Positions 38,343-47,628 of a stretch of DNA of 64,000 bases are shown here, piece after piece. Within the stretch, counting starts at the first letter, position 1. Every line of letters starts with the position of its first letter. This DNA comes from an uncultured Gammaproteobacteria bacterium. GTDB lineage: Bacteria; Pseudomonadota; Gammaproteobacteria; UBA9214. Below the pieces are notes generated by a model. The model searched no databases. It was not told where the DNA came from and worked only from the letters and a program-made list of their open reading frames with translations. The DNA is taken from the NCBI GenBank assembly GCA_963748215.1, contig CAVVHS010000005.1, positions 40,922-104,921 of the forward strand, in the 5' to 3' direction. The translations under genes were made by a program, and so were the position numbers.

Positions 38343-39662
38343 TTAAGAAGCTTGCGCTGTGCCCGCAACAATTGCGGCGGGATCAGCAGGATGAAAATCG
38401 CATTTTCCGCCCGATTCGCGGATCAGCCGGTCGATGTTGCGCTGCGCCATGCAGACTTCCAGCCAGCAGCCGCCCTGCTCGTCCACGCGTTCCGACATCA
38501 CCTGGCCGATATTGTACAGCGAGGAACGCGCGGCGCCGGCCGTGACCGGCATGTGCAGCCAGCCGTGCACCTGGCGGCCCTGGAAATGTCCGCTCAGGGC
38601 GTCGGACAGCAGGTCCAGGCCCGTGCCGGTCACCGCCGAAACCCACACCCGGTCAGGCAGGCCGTCCGCTCCGTATTCCACGTGCGGCTCGATATCCGAC
38701 AGGTCGATCTTGTTGTAGACCCTGATCTGCGGGATCTCCGCGGCCCCGATTTCGGCCAGCACGACATTGACCTGCTCGATATGGGCCATTTTTTCCTCGT
38801 CCTGCGCATCCACCACATGCAACAGCAGATCCGCACGTCGCGTTTCCTCCAGCGTGGCACGGAACGCGGCCACCAGGTCGTGCGGCAGGTGACGGATAAA
38901 GCCGACCGTGTCCGCCAGCACCAGCGGCCCGACGCCCTGTACCTCGATCCGGCGCAGGGTTGGATCCAGCGTGGCAAACAGCTGGTCTGCCGCGTAGGCA
39001 TCCGCACCGCTGAGGGCGTTGAACAGCGTGGACTTGCCGGCATTGGTATAGCCGACCAGCGACACCGTGGGGACCTCGGCGCGCGCCCGCGCGCGGCGCC
39101 CCTGGTCACGCTGGCGCTCCACCTTTTCCAGGCGCCGGTTGATCATCTTGATGCGCGCATTGATCATGCGCCGGTCGGACTCGAGCTGGGTCTCGCCCGG
39201 ACCGCGCAGGCCGATACCACCCTTCTGCCGTTCCAGGTGGGTCCAGCCACGTACCAGCCGGGTCGACAGGTGGCGCAGCTGCGCCAGCTCCACCTGCAGT
39301 TTGCCTTCGAATGACCGCGCGCGCTGCGCGAAGATGTCCAGGATCAGGCCGGTACGGCCCAGCACCCGGCACGACAGCAGGCGTTCGAGGTTGCGCTCCT
39401 GGCTGGGGCTCAGCGTGTGATTGAAAATCACCACGTCGGCCTGGTGCTCATGCACCGCGGCCAGGATTTCCCCGGCCTTTCCCTGACCGATATACAGACG
39501 CGGGTCAGGTACAGCCCGGGTCGCGGTGATGGTCGCAGCCGGCACGGCGCCTGCGGAGCACACCAACTCGGTGAATTCCTGCAGATCTTCCTGCCCGGCT
39601 GCGTCGGGAAAGTACACGTGGACCAGTATGGCCCGCTCACCGGTCTCAGGGCGTTCGAACAA
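38343..39662 (-). CDS. hflX: GTPase HflX
   Basis: 439 aa. G domain GYTNAGKSTLFN and DTVGF. Located after hfq. Confidence 0.95.
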   Translation of the reverse strand: MFERPETGERAILVHVYFPDAAGQEDLQEFTELVCSAGAVPAATITATRAVPDPRLYIGQGKAGEILAAVHEHQADVVIFNHTLSPSQERNLERLLSCRVLGRTGLILDIFAQRARSFEGKLQVELAQLRHLSTRLVRGWTHLERQKGGIGLRGPGETQLESDRRMINARIKMINRRLEKVERQRDQGRRARARAEVPTVSLVGYTNAGKSTLFNALSGADAYAADQLFATLDPTLRRIEVQGVGPLVLADTVGFIRHLPHDLVAAFRATLEETRRADLLLHVVDAQDEEKMAHIEQVNVVLAEIGAAEIPQIRVYNKIDLSDIEPHVEYGADGLPDRVWVSAVTGTGLDLLSDALSGHFQGRQVHGWLHMPVTAGAARSSLYNIGQVMSERVDEQGGCWLEVCMAQRNIDRLIRESGGKCDFHPADPAAIVAGTAQAS

Positions 39663-39691
39663 ATAACTGTACCGTCATGGAGGAATCGCGA

Positions 39692-39946
39692 CTAGGCATT
39701 GCCCGGATCGGGCGCGCCCTGTTCGTCGTTGCCGGGAATGCGCACATTGCGCGCCGGTACCACGGTTGAAATAGCGTGCTTGTAAACCATCTGGCTGACG
39801 GCGTTCTTGAGGAGCACGACAAACTGGTCGAATGATTCAATCTGGCCTTGCAGCTTGATGCCGTTTACCAGGTAGATGGATACCGGGACTCGCTCTTTGC
39901 GCAGTGCATTCAGAAATGGATCCTGCAAAGATTGTCCTCTATTCAT
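39692..39946 (-). CDS. hfq: RNA chaperone Hfq
   Basis: [46 protein letters not shown]. Confidence 0.98.
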   Translation of the reverse strand: MNRGQSLQDPFLNALRKERVPVSIYLVNGIKLQGQIESFDQFVVLLKNAVSQMVYKHAISTVVPARNVRIPGNDEQGAPDPGNA

Positions 39947-40087
39947 TTCTTTATCTCCTTTTTGTTGTGCTGCCAGCCAGCTTTGGCCACCAGGCCGCTA
40001 ATTTCGCAGAAATATTAGTGGAATAAGCCGTGTAATACCATGATCTGGATCATACCTGTTTTCCCGCCGAAACACAGGGTTGTTTCA

Positions 40088-41032
40088 CTATTCCGTCAAC
40101 CATTCAGCCACCCGGGCGGCGATCCGCGCGGGGGTCTCCGGCGCCTCGGCCGTGAAGCGCTCGGCATCCTGCTCCCCGCGCAGCCAGGTGAGCTGCCGCT
40201 TGGCGTACTGACGGGTGACCACGATGATTTTCCTGATCATTTCCTCGTGCGTCATGTCCCCCTCGAGATAGTGCCACATCTGGCGGTAACCGACTGCACG
40301 CAGGGCCGGAAGTTCAGGCTCGAGATCACCGCGCGCCCTCAGCCGGCGCACCTCGGCCTCGAAGCCGGCTGCGAGCATGGCCTCCAGCCGGGCCACCATC
40401 CGCGCCTGCAGCCAGTCGCGGTCTGCCGGTATCAGGGCCAGTTTCAGTACTCGGCTGGGCAGCGCCTCGCCTCGCCCGCGGGACAGCAGCTCGCTCATGG
40501 GTTTTCCTGTTATTTCATAGACTTCCAACGCCCTGAGGATGCGTTGCGGGTCATTGGCATGGAGCCGGGATGCGCTGACCGGGTCCACGACCGCCAGGCG
40601 TCGGTACAGGGTATCGAGTCCCTGCCCGGCCAGCAGCCCCTGCAGCATGGCGCGCACACCCGGGTCAGAGGCCGGCAGCGCGGACAGTCCCTGCTGCAGG
40701 GCACGAAAATACAGGAAGGTCCCACCGACCAGCAGCGGCACGCGGCCCTGCGCACCAATTTCAACCATGGCGGCCAGCGCATCGGCGCGGAACTCCGCCG
40801 CCGAATAGGGCCGCTTCGGGTCGCGGATGTCGATCAGACGGTGCGGCGCCCGGCGCAGCACATCCGCGTCCGGCTTGGCGGTGCCGATGTCCATGCCGCG
40901 ATACACCAGCGCGGAGTCGACGCTGATGATTTCCAGGGGGAAGCGGCGCACCAGCTCGACCGCCAGCCCGGTCTTGCCCGAGGCAGTCGGGCCCATGAGG
41001 AATATGGCAGGTGGTAGTGAATGTTCAGGCAT
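40088..41032 (-). CDS. miaA: tRNA dimethylallyltransferase
   Basis: 314 aa. P-loop GPTASGKT. mutL-miaA-hfq order. Confidence 0.95.
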   Translation of the reverse strand: MPEHSLPPAIFLMGPTASGKTGLAVELVRRFPLEIISVDSALVYRGMDIGTAKPDADVLRRAPHRLIDIRDPKRPYSAAEFRADALAAMVEIGAQGRVPLLVGGTFLYFRALQQGLSALPASDPGVRAMLQGLLAGQGLDTLYRRLAVVDPVSASRLHANDPQRILRALEVYEITGKPMSELLSRGRGEALPSRVLKLALIPADRDWLQARMVARLEAMLAAGFEAEVRRLRARGDLEPELPALRAVGYRQMWHYLEGDMTHEEMIRKIIVVTRQYAKRQLTWLRGEQDAERFTAEAPETPARIAARVAEWLTE

Positions 41033-41074
41033 CGAAAAAAACCATCTAACGCACAGGCGGAAAGAAATTCACTG

Positions 41075-41198
41075 AGGTAGGACCGGACCGCATCCGCGAT
41101 CTTTTAGCCGACGAAAGATCGCGCTTGTACCCGATAAAGCGCCGGGCATAAACGAAGCGCTCCTACATCAATAGAAATTCCCGCAGGTACGGAACCGA
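41075..41198. repeat. REP-like unit (same family as 23806-23957)
   Basis: gtaggaccggaccgcatccgcgatc ... aagatcgcgcttgtac ... gaagcgctcctacatcaataga, abutting the mutL stop. Confidence 0.7.
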
Positions 41199-42974
41199 TC
41201 AGCGCCCGCGCAGGAACAGTTTGTCGAGTTCCGCCATGCCGAGCTGCACCCAGGTCGGGCGGCCGTGGTTGCACTGGCCGCTGCGCTCGGTGCGTTCCAT
41301 GTCGCGCAACAGGGCATTCATCTCGTCCGGCGTCAGGCGCCGGTTGGCGCGTACCGAACCGTGACAGGCCATGGTCGACAGCAGCGCGTTGACGGATTCC
41401 TGCACGCGCCGGCTGCTGCCATGCTCGAGCATGTCCGCCAGCACATCGCGCACCAGCGCACCGATGTCGGCATTGTGCAGCAGCGCTGGAATGGCGCGCA
41501 CCACGATCTGTTCGCGACCCAGGCGGTCGATGTCGAGACCCAGCTCGCAAAACGCCGCCTGCTGTGCCTCGCAGGCATCGGCCTCGCGCGCGCTGACATC
41601 CAGTCGCAACGGCACCAGCAGCGGCTGTGAACGGATGCCCTCGCCGACCTGGGCCTGTTTCAGCTGTTCGTAGGTGATGCGCTCGTGGGCCGCGTGCATA
41701 TCCACCAGTACCAGCCCGGCCGCGTTCTGCGCCAGGATGTAAACACCGTGCAACTGTGCCAGCGCAAAGCCGAGCGGAAAGTCGTCCGCACCGGCATCGG
41801 CCGGCGATGCCGGTGCGGGCTGCGGGGCCACCGGGTGCAGGGCGGCGTAGCGGCTGATCTGCTCGCGCACATCTAAACGCAGGCCGGGCTGGGCGGGCGC
41901 CGTACCATGCGCGCGGTCCAGCGGCAACGCCGCGACTGGCTGCGCCGGCTGCGGCACCGGCTGATCGGGCGACGGCCGTACCTGTGCCAGCGCCTCGTGG
42001 AGGGTGCGAAACAGGAAGTCATGCACCAGTCGGCTGTCGCGAAAACGCACCTCGTGCTTGGTCGGATGCGCATTGACATCGACCGTGGCCGGATCGATTT
42101 CCAGGAACAGCACATAGGCCGGATGGCGGCCGTGGAACAGCACATCCTGGTAGGCCTGGCGTACCGCGTGCGTGACCAGCTTGTCGCGCACCATGCGGTT
42201 GTTGACGTAGAAATACTGCAGGTCGGGCTGGCTGCGCGAGAACGTCGGCAACGCCACCCAGCCATGCAGCTTCAGCCCGGCTGCGGCATGCTCGATGTGC
42301 AGGGCCTGTTCCATGAAGGCCTTGCCGCACAGGTCGGCGACACGCCGCTCCTGCGCCTCGAGGCCGGGCGCGGCCGGCAGGTGCAGGACCGCGCGCTGGT
42401 TGTGTTGCAGGGTGAAGGCCACCGGAAAGCTGCTCAGCGCGATGCGCTGCACGACTGTCTCGATATGCTTGTACTCGGTGGCATCGGTGCGCATGAATTT
42501 GCGCCGTGCCGGCGTGTTGAAAAACAGGTCGCGCACATCCACCGTGGTGCCGCGCGGGTGCGCCACCGGCGCGGCCGTCAGCGACCGGTCCGAGCCGTCG
42601 CCCTGCACGGTCCAGCCCGATTCCGCGTCCGCGCTGCAGGAACTCAGCCGCAATCGCGACACCGAGGCGATGCTGGGCAGTGCCTCGCCGCGAAACCCGA
42701 GGCTGGCGATGCGCTCCAGGTCCTCCAGCGACGCGATCTTGCTGGTCGCATGCCGCGACAGCGCCAGCGACAGCTCGTCGCGCGGAATGCCGCTGCCGTC
42801 ATCGCGAACCCGGATGCGCTGCCGGCCGCCATTCTCGATATCGATGTCGATGCTGCGCGCACCGGCATCGATGCTGTTTTCCAGCAATTCCTTGACGACC
42901 GAGGCCGGCCGCTCGATAACCTCGCCGGCGGCGATCTGGTTGATCAGGCGGGATGGCAGGATCTGGATGGGCAT
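41199..42974 (-). CDS. mutL: DNA mismatch repair endonuclease MutL
   Basis: 591 aa. [39 protein letters not shown]. Confidence 0.97.
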   Translation of the reverse strand: MPIQILPSRLINQIAAGEVIERPASVVKELLENSIDAGARSIDIDIENGGRQRIRVRDDGSGIPRDELSLALSRHATSKIASLEDLERIASLGFRGEALPSIASVSRLRLSSCSADAESGWTVQGDGSDRSLTAAPVAHPRGTTVDVRDLFFNTPARRKFMRTDATEYKHIETVVQRIALSSFPVAFTLQHNQRAVLHLPAAPGLEAQERRVADLCGKAFMEQALHIEHAAAGLKLHGWVALPTFSRSQPDLQYFYVNNRMVRDKLVTHAVRQAYQDVLFHGRHPAYVLFLEIDPATVDVNAHPTKHEVRFRDSRLVHDFLFRTLHEALAQVRPSPDQPVPQPAQPVAALPLDRAHGTAPAQPGLRLDVREQISRYAALHPVAPQPAPASPADAGADDFPLGFALAQLHGVYILAQNAAGLVLVDMHAAHERITYEQLKQAQVGEGIRSQPLLVPLRLDVSAREADACEAQQAAFCELGLDIDRLGREQIVVRAIPALLHNADIGALVRDVLADMLEHGSSRRVQESVNALLSTMACHGSVRANRRLTPDEMNALLRDMERTERSGQCNHGRPTWVQLGMAELDKLFLRGR

Positions 42975-43067
42975 TACGGCATGATGTGGTGGCAGCTCGG
43001 GCCACCGATCATACCGTCAGGGGCGCCGGCAGAGTACCCCGGCAGAAAAACACGCGGATGGCACCCG

Positions 43068-44387
43068 TCAGCTGTCCTGGGTTGGCGGGATGCGCAGGGT
43101 ATCGCCGACCCGCAGCGTGTCGGTCTTCAGGCTGTTGTAGCCGCGCAGACTGTTGAGCGAAACGCTGAATTGCTGTGCGATATCGCTCAGGGTATCGCCG
43201 CGCTTGATCACGTAGTTGCGCGCCATCAGCGTGCCGGGCGGCGGATGCTTGCCGAAATAGTCACGAATCCCGCGCAGCATGGAGGTCGCCAGCTGCTGCT
43301 GATGTTTCGCGTCGCGCAGCTTCTGCTCTTCCGCCGGATTGGAGATAAACGCCGTTTCGACCAGGATGGAGGGAATATCCGGCGATTTCAGCACCACGAA
43401 GCCGGCTTGCTGTACGCTTGATTTATGCGTCTTGCCCATGCGCTTGAGCTCACCGAGCATGTTGTCGGCAACGGAAAAACTCGCCTCCAGCGTCGCGGTC
43501 TGCGACAGGTCCAGCAGCACCTCGCGCAGCAGGTCATCCTTGTCGTCCAGGCTCACGCCGCCCACCAGGTCGGCGGCGTTTTCGCGCGCCGCCAGCACCC
43601 GCGCCATTTCCGAGGAAGCACCACCCCGCGACAGCACGTAGACCGAGGAACCTGAGGCACGGTGATCCTTGAAGCCATCGGCATGGATCGAAATGAACAG
43701 GTCGGCCTTGTGCTTGCGCGCCTTTTCGATGCGCTGGCGCAGGCCGACGTAATAGTCGCCTTCGCGAATCAGCACCGGCCGCATGCCCGGCTCCTTCTCC
43801 ACCAGGCGGGCCAGACGCTTGGCGATGGCCAGCACCACGTCCTTTTCACGTGTCTTGCGCCGGCCGACCGCACCCGGGTCGTCGCCGCCGTGGCCGGCGT
43901 CGATTGCGATCACCAGGTCACGCGCCGTATCGGGCGGTGTGATCATGGCCTGCTTGATATCCCGCTTCACGGGCGCCGTGGCAGTACGGGTCGCTGCCGC
44001 GGCCGGGTCATCCGCATACAGGTCGATGACCAGGCGATGGCCGTACTGGCCGTTCGGCGTGAGGTGAAAGCTGCGCGGCTTGGCCGCCGTAGTGAGATCG
44101 AGCACGATGCGCAGGGTGTCCGGTTTGTTTTTTGCCGCGCGGATGCCCTTGATCACCCCGCCGGTGGCCTGCAGGGCCGCTGGCGCCTGCGCCGACGGCA
44201 CATCGACCACCAGCCGATGCGGATTCTGCAGGGTGAGCAGCTTATGGGTGACCGGGCCGCTGGTGTCGAAGACTACCCGGGTGTGGTCGGGGGCCGCCCA
44301 CAGGCGTACGCTCAAAAAGTCTGCGTCAGCGAACGCAACTCCCTGTCCTGCAACCAGAAAACACAATCCTGTGAGCAGTTTTCGCAC
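43068..44387 (-). CDS. amiB: N-acetylmuramoyl-L-alanine amidase (AMIN + Amidase_3 + C-terminal LysM)
   Basis: 439 aa. Signal peptide, IDAGHGGDDPGA, and C-terminal YVIKRGDTLSDIAQQFSVSLNSLRGYN. Operon position matches E. coli amiB. Confidence 0.92.
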   Translation of the reverse strand: MRKLLTGLCFLVAGQGVAFADADFLSVRLWAAPDHTRVVFDTSGPVTHKLLTLQNPHRLVVDVPSAQAPAALQATGGVIKGIRAAKNKPDTLRIVLDLTTAAKPRSFHLTPNGQYGHRLVIDLYADDPAAAATRTATAPVKRDIKQAMITPPDTARDLVIAIDAGHGGDDPGAVGRRKTREKDVVLAIAKRLARLVEKEPGMRPVLIREGDYYVGLRQRIEKARKHKADLFISIHADGFKDHRASGSSVYVLSRGGASSEMARVLAARENAADLVGGVSLDDKDDLLREVLLDLSQTATLEASFSVADNMLGELKRMGKTHKSSVQQAGFVVLKSPDIPSILVETAFISNPAEEQKLRDAKHQQQLATSMLRGIRDYFGKHPPPGTLMARNYVIKRGDTLSDIAQQFSVSLNSLRGYNSLKTDTLRVGDTLRIPPTQDS

Positions 44388-44530
44388 GGTTCTCGCGCCC
44401 CCTATACCCTGACCATTTTAGGGGATTCTAGCCATAAACGACGGGGAATTGCAACAAATATTGTTTATTCTCCTCAAGATAGCGCTCAAACCTGTGCGTC
44501 AAGAAGAGGTCACGTAGCTAACGAACTCAA

Positions 44531-44992
44531 TCACAACGACTCGAACAAATCCAACATATGCCGTCCACGGACACTTGCAGACACCAGATCGACGCTTCGC
44601 CCCCCGTTGGCAGGGGCGATCCTGACGACCAGGTCCGGCGCCGGCAGGCTGCCGGCGCCACGCTCCGGCCACTCGATCAGGAGCAGCGTTCCGGGATCCA
44701 GCATGTCGCGCAGACCGAGCCACTCCAGCTCCTCGGGATCGGCCAGCCGGTACAGGTCCAGGTGGTACACCATGCCCTGCGCGACCGGGTACGGCTCGAC
44801 CAGCGTATAGGTCGGACTGCGCACGCTGCCTGCGTGACCCAGTCCGTGCAGGATGCCGCGCGCCAGCGTGGTCTTTCCCGCGCCGAGGTTGCCCTCGAGA
44901 AAGACGATGCCGCTGTCCAGCACGCGTGCCAGGCGCCCCCCGAGCGCCGCCATGGCGGCGGCATCCGCGACCTCGATGTTCATTCCTGGCAA
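44531..44992 (-). CDS. tsaE: tRNA t6A37 biosynthesis ATPase TsaE
   Basis: P-loop GNLGAGKTTLARG. An alternative start at 44983 would abut the nnr stop. Confidence 0.92.
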   Translation of the reverse strand: MPGMNIEVADAAAMAALGGRLARVLDSGIVFLEGNLGAGKTTLARGILHGLGHAGSVRSPTYTLVEPYPVAQGMVYHLDLYRLADPEELEWLGLRDMLDPGTLLLIEWPERGAGSLPAPDLVVRIAPANGGRSVDLVSASVRGRHMLDLFESL

Positions 44993-46482
44993 GCAGCGAT
45001 CACGGCACGCAATGCACCGATGACATCGCGCGCGAGCAGGCCGCGCTCCCCGCCGCGCGCGGCATGGTCGGCGGCCCGGGCATGCAGGCAGACGCCGGTA
45101 ACCGCCGCCTCAGGCAATGCCATGCCCTGGGCCAGCAAGGCGCCCAGCAACCCGCTGAGCACGTCGCCCATGCCGCCGGAGGCCATGCCGGGATTGCCGG
45201 CCGCACAGATCACCGGCACGCGGCCGGGTGCCTGCACGATGCTGCCGGCCCCTTTCAGCACCGTCACCCCGCCGTAACGCGCGCTGATTGACTGCGCCGC
45301 GGCGAAGCGGTCGGCCTGTACGGCCCGGCTGTCGAGGCCTGCCAGGCGCGCGGCCTCGCCCGGGTGCGGTGTGAGAATACTGTGTGCGCACACCACCGGA
45401 TCCTGCGCCAGCAGGTTGAGGGCATCGGCATCGATCACGCGTGGCTGCCGGGTGGTCAGCACGCAGGCCAGCAGGTCCTGTGCCCAGGATGAACGACCCA
45501 GACCGGGTCCGATCACGATGACCGTGGCCTTCACCAGCAAGGGTTGCAGGTCGCGCGCGGTGGCCACGCCGTGACACATCAGCTCCGGACAGCCGGCGCT
45601 GATCCAGGCGGCATGCTCCGGGCGCGTCGCCACGCTCACCAGTCCGGCACCGCTACGCAAGGCCGCCTCGCCGGCCAGGCGCGCGGCCCCGGCCATACCA
45701 TGATCGCCGCCGATCACCAGCACATGCCCGAAGTCCCCCTTGTGCGCCGTGCGCGCCCGCGGCGTGGACAGCAGGCCATCGGGCGGTCCGTGCCGCAGCT
45801 CGGCCGCCGGCGCGACGCGCTGCAACACGCCGCCCGGTATATCGAGATCGGCACAGACGATAGTGCCGCACTGCGCCGGCCCCGCGCCCGTGTACAGCCC
45901 CGGCTTGTGACCGATAAAGGTCACCGTCAACTGCGCACGAACGGCGGTGTCCGCCACGTGGCCGGTATCGGCGTGCAGGCCACTGGGAATATCCATGGCC
46001 ATGACCGGCACGCCCGCTCCATTGATGGTATCGATCACCTCGATCCAGTGCGTGTCGAGGCGGCCGGCGAAGCCGGTGCCCAGCAAGGCGTCGACGATGA
46101 GGTCCGCATCCGCCAGTGTGGCGGCATCGAATGGTGCCACGCTGCCGCCGGCCTCCAGCCAGGCGCTGCGCGCTGTCAGGGCATCGCCGCGGATACGCTG
46201 TTCATCGCCCAGCTGCAGCACCCGCACGCTGCGCCCGTCCGCACGCGCCAACCGCGCCAGCACATAGCCGTCACCGCCGTTGTTGCCGGCCCCGCACAGC
46301 ACGACCAGCGTGCGCGCCTGTGGCCAGCGCGTGCGCAAGGCTGTCCAGGCCGCGCCGGCGGCCCGCTGCATCAGGGTGTAGCCGGGAATACCGGCCGCCT
46401 CGATGGCGAGCCGGTCCAGCTCGCGCATCTGCGCCGCGCGGTAGAGCGGGATGCCGTCGCCTGTCAGGGTGTTCGCCGTCAT
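44980..46482 (-). CDS. nnr: Bifunctional NAD(P)H-hydrate repair enzyme (epimerase/dehydratase)
   Basis: The 689-aa ORF is trimmed to MTANTLTGDGIPLYRAAQMRELD (500 aa). It has a YjeF N-terminal domain and a carbohydrate-kinase-like C-domain. The upstream extension would overlap queG. Confidence 0.9.
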   Translation of the reverse strand: MTANTLTGDGIPLYRAAQMRELDRLAIEAAGIPGYTLMQRAAGAAWTALRTRWPQARTLVVLCGAGNNGGDGYVLARLARADGRSVRVLQLGDEQRIRGDALTARSAWLEAGGSVAPFDAATLADADLIVDALLGTGFAGRLDTHWIEVIDTINGAGVPVMAMDIPSGLHADTGHVADTAVRAQLTVTFIGHKPGLYTGAGPAQCGTIVCADLDIPGGVLQRVAPAAELRHGPPDGLLSTPRARTAHKGDFGHVLVIGGDHGMAGAARLAGEAALRSGAGLVSVATRPEHAAWISAGCPELMCHGVATARDLQPLLVKATVIVIGPGLGRSSWAQDLLACVLTTRQPRVIDADALNLLAQDPVVCAHSILTPHPGEAARLAGLDSRAVQADRFAAAQSISARYGGVTVLKGAGSIVQAPGRVPVICAAGNPGMASGGMGDVLSGLLGALLAQGMALPEAAVTGVCLHARAADHAARGGERGLLARDVIGALRAVIAACQE

Positions 46483-46548
46483 GAGCTGCCTTGCAATTGC
46501 GGAGAATACGGCAACATACTCTGAAGCCGACCGCCAAATCCAGTCCTC

Positions 46549-47628
46549 ATGAGCCACCCACCCGCAGCTGACAACCCGATCGATTACGGCGCACTGGCCG
46601 CACAAATCCGGTCCTGGGCCCTTGAGCTCGGCTTTCAGCAGGCCGGTATCGCCGGCATCGAGCTGGCCGCGGACGAGTTGCGCCTGCTCGAGTGGCTGCG
46701 TGCCGGGCATCACGGCGAGATGGACTACATGGCGCGTCACGGGACGCGGCGCAGCCGGCCGGCGGAACTGCTGCCGGGCACACTGCGGGTCATTACGCTG
46801 CGCATGGATTACTGGCCCGGCACGGCCCGCCCCGCCGGGGCGGTGCTCGACGATCCGCAGCGCGGTTATGTGTCGCGCTACGCGCTTGGCCGCGACTACC
46901 ACAAGCTCGTCAGGCAGCGCCTGCAGCGGCTGGCCGACCGCATCAGCGCCGTGACCGGCCCGTTCGGCTACCGCGCCTTCACCGACAGCGCGCCGGTGCT
47001 GGAAAAGCCGCTGGCGCGCAACGCGGGCCTGGGCTGGATCGGCAAGCACACCAACCTGATCAACGAACGCGCCGGCTCCTGGTTCTTTCTCGGCGAGCTG
47101 TATACCGACCTGCCATTACCCATGGACCGGCCCGCGGACGACCACTGCGGCGACTGCCACGCCTGCATCGACGCCTGCCCGACCGGTGCGATCATCGCAC
47201 CCTACACCCTCGATGCGCGGCGCTGCATTTCCTACCTGACTATCGAGCTGCGCGGCCCGATCCCGGAGCCGTTACGCCCGCTGATCGGCAACCGCATCTA
47301 CGGCTGTGATGACTGCCAGCTGGTCTGCCCCTGGAACCGCTTCGCCCGGCCGACCGGCGAACGTGACTTTGCACCGCGGCACGCGCTCGATGCCGGGACA
47401 CTCGTGGAACTGTTCGAATGGAGTGCGCAGGACTTCGACCGGCATACCCGCGGCAGCGCGATTCGTCGTATCGGCCACGATTGCTGGCTGCGCAATATCG
47501 CCGTGGCACTGGGCAACGCGCCCGCCGCGCCGGCGATCATCGCCGCCCTCGAGCGCCGCAGGGCGCACCCTTCCGCCCTGGTGCGCGAACATGTCGAGTG
47601 GGCGTTAGGCCGTCACGACAGCGCGTGA
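46549..47628 (+). CDS. queG: Epoxyqueuosine reductase
   Basis: 359 aa. Two 4Fe-4S motifs, CGDCHACIDACP and CDDCQLVCPWN, and a HEAT-like C-terminus. Confidence 0.93.
   Translation: MSHPPAADNPIDYGALAAQIRSWALELGFQQAGIAGIELAADELRLLEWLRAGHHGEMDYMARHGTRRSRPAELLPGTLRVITLRMDYWPGTARPAGAVLDDPQRGYVSRYALGRDYHKLVRQRLQRLADRISAVTGPFGYRAFTDSAPVLEKPLARNAGLGWIGKHTNLINERAGSWFFLGELYTDLPLPMDRPADDHCGDCHACIDACPTGAIIAPYTLDARRCISYLTIELRGPIPEPLRPLIGNRIYGCDDCQLVCPWNRFARPTGERDFAPRHALDAGTLVELFEWSAQDFDRHTRGSAIRRIGHDCWLRNIAVALGNAPAAPAIIAALERRRAHPSALVREHVEWALGRHDSA

Noticed and set aside
41907-46524. ORFs 41907-43421, 43662-44810, 44558-45277 and 45544-46524 (all +)
   Set aside because: Antisense to mutL, amiB, tsaE and nnr, all of which have clear signatures on the minus strand.
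46483-47049. N-terminal 189-aa extension of the 689-aa nnr ORF
   Set aside because: The extension overlaps queG on the opposite strand and has no homology-like features. The YjeF-type N-terminus begins at MTANTLTGDG (46482).
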